Shown: piece after piece, positions 1 through 12,065 of the stretch
How positions within the stretch are numbered: the first letter of the stretch is position 1
Layout of the letters: each line of letters opens with the position of its first letter
Assembly (NCBI RefSeq): GCF_046119375.1
Contig: NW_027362761.1
Location: 253,022,001 to 253,086,000 of the forward strand
DNA: 64,000 nucleotides
Direction of reading: 5' to 3'
Origin: Phyllobates terribilis
Lineage: Eukaryota
Program-made: the position numbers and the translations under genes
The notes under the pieces: model-generated
The model's input: the letters and a program-made list of their open reading frames with translations, nothing else
The model's database searches: none
Told to the model about the DNA's origin: nothing

Positions 1-789
1 CAGTGGTGCATGAAATATACCAAAGCAAAAGGGTGGTTACAGATATAGAAGGAAGGAAAAGGAACAGCGGACCGCTTATGTCTGTTTTAAAAGGATGGGT
101 GGTGTTTGTTTATATAAAAAAAAAAAATAATAATAAAAAAAAGCTGGATATATGTGCTAGAGGAAAAACATATACCAGGTATCTACCCTACATATTAAAA
201 AAAAATCCTACTACAGCAATATCTCAGAACAAGTCACTTTTACAAGACAATGATCTTAGCTGTGGGTTTAACGAGAACACTTTGGTACAATACACATACC
301 GAGAAAAATATTTTGGAGTATTAAAGGGGTTGTCCATTACCTGGACAACCCATTTTTAACATAATTAGTTCTCCTTGTAAAATATAAACATATATTCATC
401 TCCTATTCTGGCAGCATTTCAATGATGTTGGTTCAAGGTCTACCCGGAGTTTTCATGACATTGTTATGCTATGTGAGCCCTGCAGCCAATCAGCAGCTGC
501 TATTGGACATGTGAAAGTAGTGAGAGGGCAGCAGCCCAATAGTGACCACTGATTGCTAGAGAACCCTGGAGTCAGACGAGCCCTGGGAGACTTGCGCCCA
601 CATCACTGCAGGGGTGCAGAAGGACCAAGCAGCACAGTGACCAATAGCAAAGACTGCACCTTGACAGCTTCTCCCTGCCCACTTTCCTGGAGCAACTGGT
701 CTCTCTCCCTGTGTGCATGTATAGGAAGAGACATGTCAGTCATTGGCAACAGGTGGCTTTTAAAATACATTTTCTCTGAAATGCCATAG

Positions 790-1200
790 CGTTTCAGAAT
801 CAAACATGCCTGACTGAAATCATACAGCCAGTGTCTGATACATGCCGCCTGTTTGAGCAGCATGAAGCATGTCAGGTTCCCTTTAAGTTTCAAATCCACA
901 ATGGAACAATTAGAACTAGACTGAGCAAGCATGGCTTGTTTGGAAGGGTTGCCAGGAAAAAGCCTCTTTCTAAAAAGAACATGACAGCATGGCTTAAGTT
1001 TGCAACGTTGCATCTTAAACCGCACAACATATGGAACAATGTCCTTTAGACAGACAAGCCCAAACTTTAGATGTCTGGCCATAATGCACAGTGCAACACA
1101 TGCTGAAAACAAAAACAAAGCACACCAGCTCAGACAGACATACTACCTGCCAAGCATGGTGGTGGAGGGCTGAAGATTTAGGCTTATTTTGCAGCCACAC
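790..1200 (+). mobile_element. Degenerate Tc1-like transposase fragment (PES1 intron 5)
   Basis: Broken ORFs with TIRTRLSKHGLFGRVARKKPL and WNNVL motifs; boundaries approximate. Confidence 0.6.
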
Positions 1201-1325
1201 AGCAATTCTGGAGGGAAGTGTGAGCAAGAATGCACGGAAGGAGATAGGGAGTGGGGCAGAGATAGAAAATGCAAGGAGGGGGACAAAAATGAATGTGGAA
1301 GGGGGAGAACCTTGAGAGGGAACTA

Positions 1326-2062
1326 CGAGAGTCAGTCAATAAGTAATGCCTCCTATTTTTTTCTCCTTAAATAAGGTAGTTATGTTAAATATTAGAATTT
1401 GGCACAATTCCTCAAACCTTCTTCTCCAATCCACAGCAATTGCAACTTCCTGCACCAACAGGTGGCAGGACTGTATCCGTTTGCAAAATGGCTGACATCG
1501 ATGTTCATATTAGACAACGTTCTGTGATTGAATTCTTGCATGCAGACGGTGAAACGCCCATTCGAATTCATGAGAGACTGAAAAATGTGTACGGTGATGC
1601 AACAGTGGATGTCAGTACTGTTAGACGATGGGTTCGTCGCTGTAACACAGCTGAAGGGCCATCACCGTTGGCTGACAAAATGCGGAGTGGCAGGCCAGTA
1701 ACCGCAGTGACTCCAAGCAACATTCAGCGAGTCGATGACATCATTCGTGGTGACCGCCGGGTGACTGCAGATGAATTGTGTGGCATTATCTGCCTCAGTA
1801 AAGGCAGTGTGATGAAAATTATTGGACAACTGGGATACAGAAAAGTTTGTGCACGGTGGGTCCCAAGAATGCTTTTTACCATGCTGGAATACATGCCCTT
1901 GTTAAACGGTGGACCAAGACTGTGGAAATGGATGGAGATTATATTGAAAAGTGACAAATTAATCGTTAATGTTGTGGTTTTCAACCTATGTGATTGCATT
2001 TGAATTCCTTGCCAATTAAAAGGAGAAAAAAAATAGGAGGCATTACTTATTGACTGCCCTCG
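1326..2062 (+). mobile_element. Internally deleted mariner-like element
   Basis: TA-flanked ~45-bp TIRs (CGAGAGTCAGTCAATAAGTAATGCCTCCTATTTT.. and its reverse complement). ORF 1440-2003 has the mariner HTH, RSGRP and CARWVPRML, then jumps to the C-terminal FYHAGIHALVKRW..GDYIEK* in another frame; catalytic domain absent. Confidence 0.9.
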
Positions 2063-2191
2063 TAATAATATGTTAGTGCCACCTAGTGTAAGACCAATGG
2101 TGATGTTACGGAGACCTTCATTTAGTCATATATACTCATATAGCCAAATCCAACTCCTCCAGCTTTTGAAAGGTGTTGACAGTTAACTCAC

Positions 2192-2363
2192 CTTGCGTAG
2201 AGAACGGCAAGCAACTACATAATTAAGGAATTCTACACTAAGGCGACGGCAAAGTTGAATGGTCTGAACATGACACTTTCCAGTACGCCGGAAGGTAGAA
2301 AAAAGAAAGCACATGGATAGAGCGTCATCCAGGTCACGGAGAGCATCAATAAAAGTTGGGTAT
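2192..2363 (-). CDS. PES1: PES1 exon 5
   Basis: [57 protein letters not shown]; CAG|...|GTGAGT. Confidence 0.96.
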
Positions 2364-5300
2364 CTGCAAATATAGTAAAGATATTGTGCTCAGTTGCATA
2401 CGGCATAGGACTCAAGAAACAACGGCTGTAATGTGAGCTAAAGGAGGCTTACACACACAATAAAAGCAAACATATTGTGCGATAATAAAAGTATACAGCA
2501 CACTATTCTCTCAAAAGATAAAATAATAATTTTTAAAGTTGAAAACAAGGACAATTGAGACCACAACTACAAAACTAGAAAATTGTTTCAATGCCCCTTT
2601 CCCCACAAATGAAGATGAATAAGCAAATAATGAATATATAAAACTTGCAGACAAAAGTCAGAAAACATAGTTTTAAAAGTCAGCTGGGAAGTGTGTCTCC
2701 GCTTTTCCCTGCCCCGATCCCTTTGTCTGACAGATTCTCCCCCTATGTACATACTGTACATAGAAAGAGACCTGCCAGTCCTCTGTAAAGGGATGAGAGA
2801 AGCCAGACGGTGACCGGTCTCGAACCATTCAGCTGAAACACATTTTCACCCCGGCTGGCTTTTCAAACTACGTTTGCATATCTGGCTGCAATTACGCAGC
2901 GAGTGTCCGATTTATGCTTCCCATGGTTCAGGCAGCATGAATGTGATGCAAGGTCCCCTTTAAAACCTTTTTCATCTGGAAAATTACAGTGCTTTACAGT
3001 AGCAGAAGTGTGTACAAGACTTCAAATATTTTTACAGTGTAAACTGACAAATGCTGTAGATTTTATATCATTGTTTGGAATGCCAATCCACTCCAATAAA
3101 CCTCCAATGCACGGAGGAGGAAGGGAGACTCGGGACATTCCAGTAATTATAGGGGTCCCAGCCATTACCCCCTTGCAGAGAGATGACGAATGCCTTTTGC
3201 TTGAAAACTATCTTATATCAGGCACTAAAATCTGTAAACGATCATACCTCTCCTTGATGATGTGGTCGAGTTTGTATGTAGGTTTGTTATCTCTAATTCG
3301 GTCTACAGAATCCCATTCCTTTTTCCCATAGGCTTTACGCAGACGACGCACGAATACCTGAAAATAAAAGGAGCAATTTTACATTTCCAAAGGGGGTTTT
3401 CCAAATTTTTATAAAGTGGTCCCCAAAGACGGCAATTAGGTAAAATAAAAAAAAAAAATAAATCAGATATCACTCACTCTCCCCAGGTCCAGCACTGGGT
3501 CTCTGCCGCTGCTCCTACCCCTTTGTTTTGGCTGCAGTACTGCTTATATAATACTGCTTATATTAAAAGGAGGGAGCCGCTGATCTCAGCGATTGGCAGC
3601 AGTGGTGATATGCACTGTTGTCATGACATCACCATGCAGCCAAAACAAAGACAAAAGCAGTGGCAGAGAGCTGGGAGTGAATCCGGTAAGGGTAAACACT
3701 ATATAATTTTGTTATTTTATATTACTGCAATTTTTGTAGAGCACTTTTTAAAAGCGGAAAACCCTTCTAAGATAAGGAATGGTAACTGGTTAATGCTGTC
3801 TACTAGTGTCAACGAGACCGTAAGCTCAAAGGGGTTGACTCCGACAACATGCCATTTTAGAGAGAGACACCGCATTCAGTATCCTCTCCACAAGCCAAAA
3901 TGGAAAGTTATTCTGCAGGAGCAGCTCCTTCTCTGTCCATGTCATACATGGGTGGCTCAAGTACAACAGTCTTTTGTGTAGCTGGCCACCATGTAATACC
4001 ACATTTTACCAGCAGAGGCATATGAAAGAGAAACATAGGACTAGTAGCAGTGTCCATCCACAAAGTGAACTCTGCCATTTCAGGAGTTTCTCAGTGGGAA
4101 GGAAGAAAAATCTGCCCACATGATCATTTCTTTATTATATATATCTGAACGAGTGAGAATATTAAATCACCCTTGGGCTCCTCTAACATCTGGTAGTAAA
4201 CTATAGAGGCCATGATTTGTACCAGATCCCTGTATTTAGTCTGTGCCAAAGACTGCACTAAACAAGAGGATGGCGCTTTCCAAATGAAGACATGGCGCCT
4301 ATCGGCCAATAACAATATCCTTCTAAGTAAATGCTAAGACTGTTTCCAGCACATGTGTAAAAATGATAATAAATTGGCCAGGATATTACAAAACGTACCT
4401 TGTATTCTCTGAACTTCCTCACAATAGGTTCATGCAGTAGAAACTTAATGTCCTTCACCAGATAGAAGGTCCGGGGTGCTGTAGACCCCTTGTTGACTTT
4501 CTTCTTGTGTTTGGGTTCATGAGGATAGATTCCTTTTAAGATGCAGAGACGTCTAAATGAAGAAGCATGAGAATATCTCACTGATTTATAGATGTCAAAA
4601 ACTATTTAATTTAAAATAAAATAAAAAAATGCACAAAAAAACAGTGCCGTGAAAGTGTCCTCACACCAGAAACCACACACTGGGGTTGGATGCTTACTTA
4701 CATTTCTCACACAAATTATAGGCTACATAGAGTTTAGCACTACTTAAAGGCTACATACATTTTTATATATTTTTTGTTTTCTGATCTTTAGTTTGCTTAC
4801 TTGAGGAACTAACATTTCCTGCCACACACCAAAATTTCAAATGATTGTGGAAGGAAATTGGATTGTGAGTCCTATTTGTGAAAGGGTCTAAAGTAGTGGA
4901 AAACACTATAAAAGGGCCATACTATTATTTTCACTAAATGTTCCCCGTTCCCATTCCAATCTGATCTGTTACAGTGATCATGAGTATTGCTGCTGAGCTG
5001 CCACTGTCCTGAAGTCACATCTACAGGTTCCTTGTGCAAGATTGCTGGGTGATGTACAGGATGCGACGGCCAAAGGAAAAGACATGTGTCAGTTTATGAT
5101 GAAGCTTAAACCACTGACACCAACCACCATTGCAATGCCAGAATGTGAATTGCCGGAGCGTGGAGGTGATGCACTTTTTTAACAACCATAAATAAAAATG
5201 TTATGATTTTTTTGTTCTTAACTTGGTATAAGTAAAATATAATCTAGACGATTGCTCGGGGCATCAATGCCACACTTTGCCTCCACTAGTTTCTATATGT

Positions 5301-8300
5301 TAACTCCCTAGTGTAGAAGCCTCATAGCGTGAAAGTGCATACCCAAGACATCAGAAAAAGGAATAATTTGGCTCTGCTCACTTCTGCATCATGAGGTGAC
5401 GGGGCGGTGACGTCATACCACACATATCTGTTTGCGGCTCACGTGCATTCGCATCAGGTATTGTGCACTTGTCCTATTCCTTGGAGTAGCAGGTTGCGAT
5501 AACTGCTGCTGGTGCATGGAAGCCAACAGCTATCTATAGAAGTATCTTCACCGGCCTCACTCACCTCCCGATGCAGAAGTGAGAGGAGCTGAATTAATCC
5601 TTTAGTAACCGACGATAACAAGAGCCTTTTACCTGAAATCCGGCAGGCTCAGCTGCAGCTTCTTTCGAGCCTTATTTCTTGTGATGTAGTTAGTGGCTGA
5701 ACCACTCTCATACTGAAAGACAAAAATGAATACAGGAAACCAGGACTAAAGAGTCATTGTGCAGGGACACCTGACGAGAATGGTAATGCCTACACAGTTA
5801 CATTTCTAGGAGGAATATTGGAGGAACAGCACAATACAGAGTTCTAAGAAAAGCGGCTTGAGAATAGCTTATTTGTAAAATGTGTAACTACTATTATATA
5901 AACCAGGGATGCTTAGGGCAAGCACAATGGCTCACTGGTTATCACTTTGCAGCACTGGGGCTCTACAACCCCTGGCAAAAATTATGGAATCACCGGGCTC
6001 GGAGGATGTTCATTCAGTTGTTTAATGTTGTTGAAAAAAAAGCAGATCACAGACATGGCACAAAACTGAAGTAATTTCATATGGCAACTTTAGGGCTTTA
6101 AGAAACACTAAAAGAAATCAAGATTAACAATGTGGTACTCAGTAAGGGTAATTTTTTTCAGACCAAGCAGAGGGAAAAAATTATGGAATCACTCAATTCT
6201 GAGGAAAAAATTATGGAATCACCCTGTAAATTTTTCATTTCCAAAACCAACACCTGCATCAAATTAGATCTGCCTCTAAAAAGGAGTGATCACACCTTGG
6301 AGAGCTGTTGCACCAAGTGCACTGACATGAATTATGGCTCCAACAGGAGAGATGTCAATTGAAACAAAGGAGAGGATTATAAAACTCTTAAAAGAAGGTA
6401 AATCATCACGCAATGTTGCAAAAGATGTTGGTTGTTCACAGTCAGCTGTGTCTAAAATCTGGACCAAATACAAACAACATGGGAAGGTTGTTAAAGGCAA
6501 ACATACTGGTAGACCAAGGAAGACATCAAAGCGTCAAGACCGGAAACTTAAAGCAATATGTCTCCAAAACAGGAAATGCACAACAAAACAAATGAGGAAC
6601 GAATGGGAGGAAACTGGAGTCAATGTCTGTGACCGAACTGTAAGAAACCGCCTAAAAGAAATGGGAGTTACATACAGAAAAGCTAAACATAAGCCATCAT
6701 TAACACCTAAACAGAAAAAAAACAAGGTTACAATTGGCTAAGGAAAAGCAATCGTGGACTGTGGATGACTGGATGAAAGTCATATTCAGTGATGAATCGC
6801 GAATCTGCATTGGGCAAGGGGATGATGCTGGAACTTTTGTTTGGTGCCGTTCCAATGAGATTTATAAAGATGACTGCATGAAGAGAACATGAAAATTTCC
6901 ACAGTCATTGATGATATGGGGCTGCATGTCAGGTAAAGGCACTGGGGAGATGGCTGTCATTACATCTTCAATAAATGCCCAAGTTTACATTGATATTTTG
7001 GACAGTTTTCTTATCCCATCAATTGAAAGGATGTTTGGGGATGATGACATTTTTCAAGATGATAATGCATCCTGCCATAGAGCAAAAACTGTGAAAACAT
7101 TCCTTGAAAGAAGACCCATAAGGTCAATGTCATGGCCTGCAAATAGTCTGGATCTCAATCCAATTGAAAATCTGTGGTGGAAGTTGAAGATAATGGTCCA
7201 TGACAAGGCTCCAACCTGCAAAGTTGATCTGGCAACAGCAATCAGAGAAAGTTGGAGCCAGATATGATGAAGAATACTGGTTTGTCACTCATTAAGTCCA
7301 TGCCTCAGAGACTGCAAGCTGTTATTAAAGCCAGAGGTGGTGCAACAAAATACTAGTGATGTATTGGAGTGTTCTTTTGTATGTTTGTTTTTCATTATTC
7401 CATAATTTTTTCCTCAGAATTGAGTGATTCCATATTTTTTCCCTCTGCTTGGTCTGAAAAAAATTACCCTTACCGAGTACCACATTTTTAATCTTGATTT
7501 CTTTTAGTGTTTCTTAAAGCCCTAAAGTTGCCATATGAAATTACTTTTGTTTTGTGCCATGTCTGTGATCTGCTTTTTTTCAACAACATTAAATAACTGA
7601 ATGAACATCCTCCGAGAAAGGTGATTGCATAATTTTTGCCAGGGGTTGTAAGTTTCCTCTCACTCTGTAAGCACATACGGATGTGGAATTTAGATTGCGA
7701 GCCCCAACAGGAACAGTGATGAGGATGATGTCTGTAAAGCGCTTTGGATTATGAGGTCATCTGGTATAGGCAGTACTTTACTGATTCGTCACACAGATAT
7801 GTGCACTGCTTACAGACAGCCTGATCCCTCCCTAGACGTCAGCAGATCCCATAGATATTACACGGCCCATGTGACCAGTATAAAGGGAGCACAGGGCCAA
7901 AGAGATCAATGCGAAAAACGGACATCAGCTTGATTGCTCCTCATCAGTTTATAAGTATGAGGAAAAATAAGCATCTTAGGGAACTGGCTAGGCGGCGCCA
8001 TCCCCGTGTGTATGCCCCCAGAGCACAGGACATATAGGTATAGCTATATCTGCACACGTGCCGGCAGAGCACAGGACATATAGGTATAGCTATATCTACA
8101 CACGTGCCCCCAGAGCACAGGACATATAGGTATAGCTATATCTGCACACGTGCCGGCAGAGCACAGGACATATAGGTATAGCTATATCTGCACACGTGCC
8201 GGCAGAGCACAGGACATATAGGTATAGCTATATCTACACACGTGCCCCCAGAGCACAGGACATATAGGTATAGCTATATCTACACACGTGCCCCCAGAGC

Positions 8301-10430
8301 ACAGGGCATATAGGTATAGCTATATCTACACATGTGCCCCCAGAGCACAGGACATATAGGTATAGCTATATCTACACACGTGCCGGCAGAGCACAGGACA
8401 TATAGGTATAGCTATATCTACACACGTGCCGGCAGAGCACAGGACATATAGGTATAGCTATATCTACACACGTGCCCCCAGAGCACAGGACATATAGGTA
8501 TAGCTATATCTACACATGTGCCCCCAGAGCACAGGACATATAGGTATAGCTATATCTACACATGTGCCCCCAGAGCACAGGACATATAGGTATAGCTACA
8601 CACGTGCCCCCAGAGCACAGGACATATAGCTATAGCTACACACGTGCCGGCAGAGCACAGGACATATACGTATAGCTATATCTACACACGTGCCGGCAGA
8701 GCACAGGACATATACGTATAGCTATATCTACACACGTGCCGGCAGAGCACAGGACATATACGTATAGCTATATCTACACACGTGCCGGCAGAGCACAGGA
8801 CATATACGTATAGCTATATCTACACACGTGCCGGCAGAGCACAGGACATATACGTATAGCTATGTCTACACACGTGCCGGCAGAGCACAGGACATATACG
8901 TATAGCTATGTCTACACACGTGCCGGCAGAGCACAGGACATATAGGTATAGCTATATCTACACACGTGCCGGCAGAGCACAGGACATATAGGTATAGCTA
9001 TATCTACACACGTGCCGGCAGAGCACAGGACATATAGGTATAGCTATATCTACACACGTGCCGGCAGAGCACAGGACATATAGGTATAGCTATATCTACA
9101 CACGTGCCGGCAGAGCACAGGACATATAGGTATAGCTATATCTACACACGTGCCGGCAGAGCACAGGACATATAGGTATAGCTATATCTACACACGTGCC
9201 GGCAGAGCACAGGACATATAGGTATAGCTATATCTACACACGTGCCGGCAGAGCACAGGACATATAGGTATAGCTATATCTACACACGTGCCGGCAGAGC
9301 ACAGGACATATAGGTATAGCTATATCTACACACGTGCCGGCAGAGCACAGGACATATAGGTATAGCTATATCTACACACGTGCCCCCAGAGCACAGGACA
9401 TATAGGTATAGCTATATCTACACACGTGCCCCCAGAGCACAGGACATATAGGTATAGCTATATCTACACACTGCCCCCAGAGCACAGGACATATAGGTAT
9501 AGCTATATCTACACACTGCCCCCAGAGCACAGGACATATAGGTATAGCTATATCTACACACGTGCCGGCAGAGCACAGGACATATAGGTATAGCTATATC
9601 TACACACGTGCCCCCAGAGCACAGGACATATAGGTATAGCTATATCTACACACGTGCCCCCAGAGCACAGGACATATACGTATAGCTATATCTACACACG
9701 TGCCGGCAGAGCACAGGACATATAGGTATAGCTATATCTACACACGTGCCGGCAGAGCACAGGACATATACGTATAGCTATATCTACACACGTGCCCCCA
9801 GAGCACAGGACATATACGTATAGCTATATCTACACACGTGCCCCCAGAGCACAGGACATATAGGTATAGCTATATCTACACACGTGCCCCCAGAGCACAG
9901 GACATATACGTATAGCTATATCTACACACGTGCCCCCAGAGCACAGGACATATACGTATAGCTATATCTACACACGTGCCCCCAGAGCACAGGACATATA
10001 GGTATAGCTATATCTACACACGTGCCCCCAGAGCACAGGACATATACGTATAGCTATATCTACACACGTGCCGGCAGAGCACAGGACATATAGGTATAGC
10101 TATATCTACACACGTGCCGGCAGAGCACAGGACATATAGGTATAGCTATATCTACACACGTGCCCCCAGAGCACAGGACATATAGGTATAGCTATATCTA
10201 CACACGTGCCCCCAGAGCACAGGACATATACGTATAGCTATATCTACACACGTGCCCCCAGAGCACAGGACATATACGTATAGCTATATCCCTAGAGTAC
10301 ATGGCATTGCCAAGCGAGAGCCTCAGAGCTGGTCACAGAGCAGCCCGGCCTACATGTATACACTATCCCAGACATAGTCATGCAGTGGTTACATATCTGA
10401 CTCTACCTTCTTCTTTTCCAATCCCCCCAT
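2192..10430 (-). CDS. PES1: Pescadillo ribosomal biogenesis factor 1, partial (exons 1-5; rest lies left of the window)
   Basis: join(complement 10407-10430, 5633-5712, 4399-4552, 3248-3357, 2192-2363) gives [53 protein letters not shown]...[15 protein letters not shown]...[26 protein letters not shown]...SLRK. All introns are GT-AG; exon sizes 24/80/154/110/172 match recalled human PES1. Confidence 0.97.
3248..3357 (-). CDS. PES1: PES1 exon 4
   Basis: [37 protein letters not shown]; CAG|...|GTATGA. Confidence 0.96.
4399..4552 (-). CDS. PES1: PES1 exon 3
   Basis: [51 protein letters not shown]; AG/GT flanks; lies inside ORF 4258-4581. Confidence 0.97.
5633..5712 (-). CDS. PES1: PES1 exon 2
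   Basis: ctttcAG|TATGAG...TTCAG|GTAAAA; [27 protein letters not shown]. Confidence 0.96.
5916..5963 (+). mobile_element. tRNA-derived SINE head, split by Tc1 (3' part at 7651-7750)
   Basis: GGGCAAGCACAATGGCTCACTGGTTATCACT resembles the SINE head at 40179; body resumes after the Tc1 (TTTCCTCTCACTC...TAGATTGCGAGCCCCAA). Confidence 0.6.
5966..7648 (+). mobile_element. Tc1-like DD34E transposon, full length, disrupted transposase, IR/DR ends
   Basis: TA flanks; ~250-bp TIRs starting CAACCCCTGGCAAAAATTATGGAATCA with repeated AAAAATTATGGAATCA; ORFs 6334-6741 (paired-like HTH, GRPR) and 6908-7267 (DNA..34 aa..NPIENLW); frameshift near 6720 and stop near 6892. Confidence 0.95.
8013..10290. repeat. 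46-bp minisatellite, about 49 copies, PES1 intron 1
   Basis: Unit CAGAGCACAGGACATATA(G/C)GTATAGCTATATCTACACACGTGCC(GG/CC); period measured 8341->8387. Confidence 0.98.
10407..10430 (-). CDS. PES1: PES1 coding exon 1
   Basis: ATG GGG GGA TTG GAA AAG AAG AAG|GTAGAG = MGGLEKKK. Confidence 0.93.
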
Positions 10431-10798
10431 CACTACTTATGGCCGCAGCCCTCTCCGGAACTCCACACGTGTATTCCGCACGCTGTACTGAGGACCCCAA
10501 CACGTGACCACGGCAATGCCTGAAGGAACCCCAAGCAGGCATTTACCAAGTCCCCCTCGGTAACGCAAAACACTATCAGGCACTAGGAGAGACAGCAGTA
10601 ATAGGCCCCGTACTTCCGCTGACAGCCCAGACAGGGGCATTACACCGGAAGTGATGTCAGGGCGCCAAGGTTTTTCATATGCTAGCTGTCATAATGGCCC
10701 CGCGCAGCTCCATGTGACCTGTCCTGTGCTGCACATGCACGGACATGGCTGAGAGCCTGGGATGATGTGAGAGCAGCGGCGCCCTGACGCGGGCAGAC
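10431..10798. promoter_or_regulatory. Putative bidirectional promoter / 5'UTR interval of PES1 and TWNK
   Basis: Divergent ATGs 368 bp apart; CpG-rich. ETS/GABP-type CCGGAAGTG at 10645-10653 and reverse GCGGAAGTA at 10611-10619; CACGTG E-boxes at 10466-10471 and 10501-10506. Confidence 0.8.
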
Positions 10799-12065
10799 AT
10801 GTGGCTGAGCACCGTGCTGCGAGGGGCCGTGCCCAGGGTGAGTCTCGGTCAGGGGCTCCGGCTGCCTCCATGTGGCATTACACAAGCTCGGCTGAAGCAT
10901 GGCGTCGCCGCCCCCGCTGGATTTTCCCGCAGACATTTCAAGAAGGATCTCATCTCCATGCTCGATGGCTCCATGGCCCCTGTGGCTGTCACAGAGATCC
11001 GCCAGTATCTCCGAGACGGCAACATCTCCTTCCACGATGGCTACAGCTGCCTGCACGTCCCCAGCCCCTTCTCCCCTAACAAAGACAACCTGCTGTTCAT
11101 TGACAAGACTACAGGGAGGTTCCTGTGTAAGGACACCCTGCTGGAGGGCACCTGGGAGGACTTCAAGGACAGCATGCATCTGCTCCTCAAGGAGGGCTGC
11201 TCCTTCCTCAGCCCTGACACCATGGCCAGTTACCTGGAGGACAGCGACTGTGAGGATGGAGAAAGGCAGCTGACCAACCTGGAGATCAGCCGGATCTGGA
11301 ATAAGGCGGTATGGCTCCACGATCTGGAGGACGAGGATGCTCAGCTGATTAAAGCCATGTTTAACATCTCAAAAATAACCAACAATACCCTGAAGAAGTT
11401 TGGGGTGAAGTGTTTCCAACCTACCAAAAGTCTAGTGTTCCCGTGGTACAACCCGCGAGATCTTACCATGAAAGGGTTAAAGTTGCTGTCCGCCGTGTGT
11501 CAGGCAGATGTAGTCAGTTACATTGAGACGGTTTACCCCGGCCCTTCTCATTACCATAACCTATTTGGCATTACAGTAATGGGTAAGAAGGACACAGAGG
11601 TGGTGATCACTAGCCAAGAAGTGGATAGTCTAGCTGTACACCAAGCCACGGGTGTAACGACCGTATCTCTGCCACGTGGAATAAATTGTTTGCCCCCTGT
11701 TCTTTTGCCTTATCTGGAGCAGTTTAAGCGCATCACCCTGTGGCTTGGTGATGACTTGCGCGCTTGGGAAGCCTCCAAATTGTTCGCTCGGAAATTAAGC
11801 ATCAAGAGATGCTCTCTTATAAGGCCTGGGGATAAACAGCCGAGCCCACTGAAAGGGTTAAATCTTGGGCTTAACCTAAATAAGCTCCTCAAGACTTCTC
11901 TTCCAGCCAGCCACAAGTCCATAATTTCATTCCGTCAACTGAGGAACGATGTGTTTAGCCAGCTGGAAAATATAGAGCAGGTTGCAGGGGTGAAATGGAC
12001 ACGATTTCCTGAACTGAACAAGCTACTTAAAGGCCACCGGAATGGGGAACTGACCGTATTTACAG
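10799..12065 (+). CDS. TWNK: TWNK exon 1
   Basis: ORF 10799-12292 up to ...GELTVFT G|GTAAAG; the ORF tail beyond 12065 is intron read-through. Confidence 0.97.

Noticed and set aside
4258-4581. Stand-alone PES1 pseudogene fragment
   Set aside because: It is exon 3 of an intact spliced PES1 with matching exons 1, 2, 4 and 5 and canonical splice sites.
8013-10290. CRISPR-like array
   Set aside because: Contiguous repeats with no unique spacers, in a vertebrate intron; it is a minisatellite.
2364-10406. Intronic snoRNAs in PES1
   Set aside because: No convincing C/D box pair with terminal stem or H/ACA structure seen; Infernal would be needed to exclude them.
10682-11320. Antisense and alternative-frame ORFs over TWNK exon 1
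   Set aside because: Expected in GC-rich coding sequence; no recognisable product.
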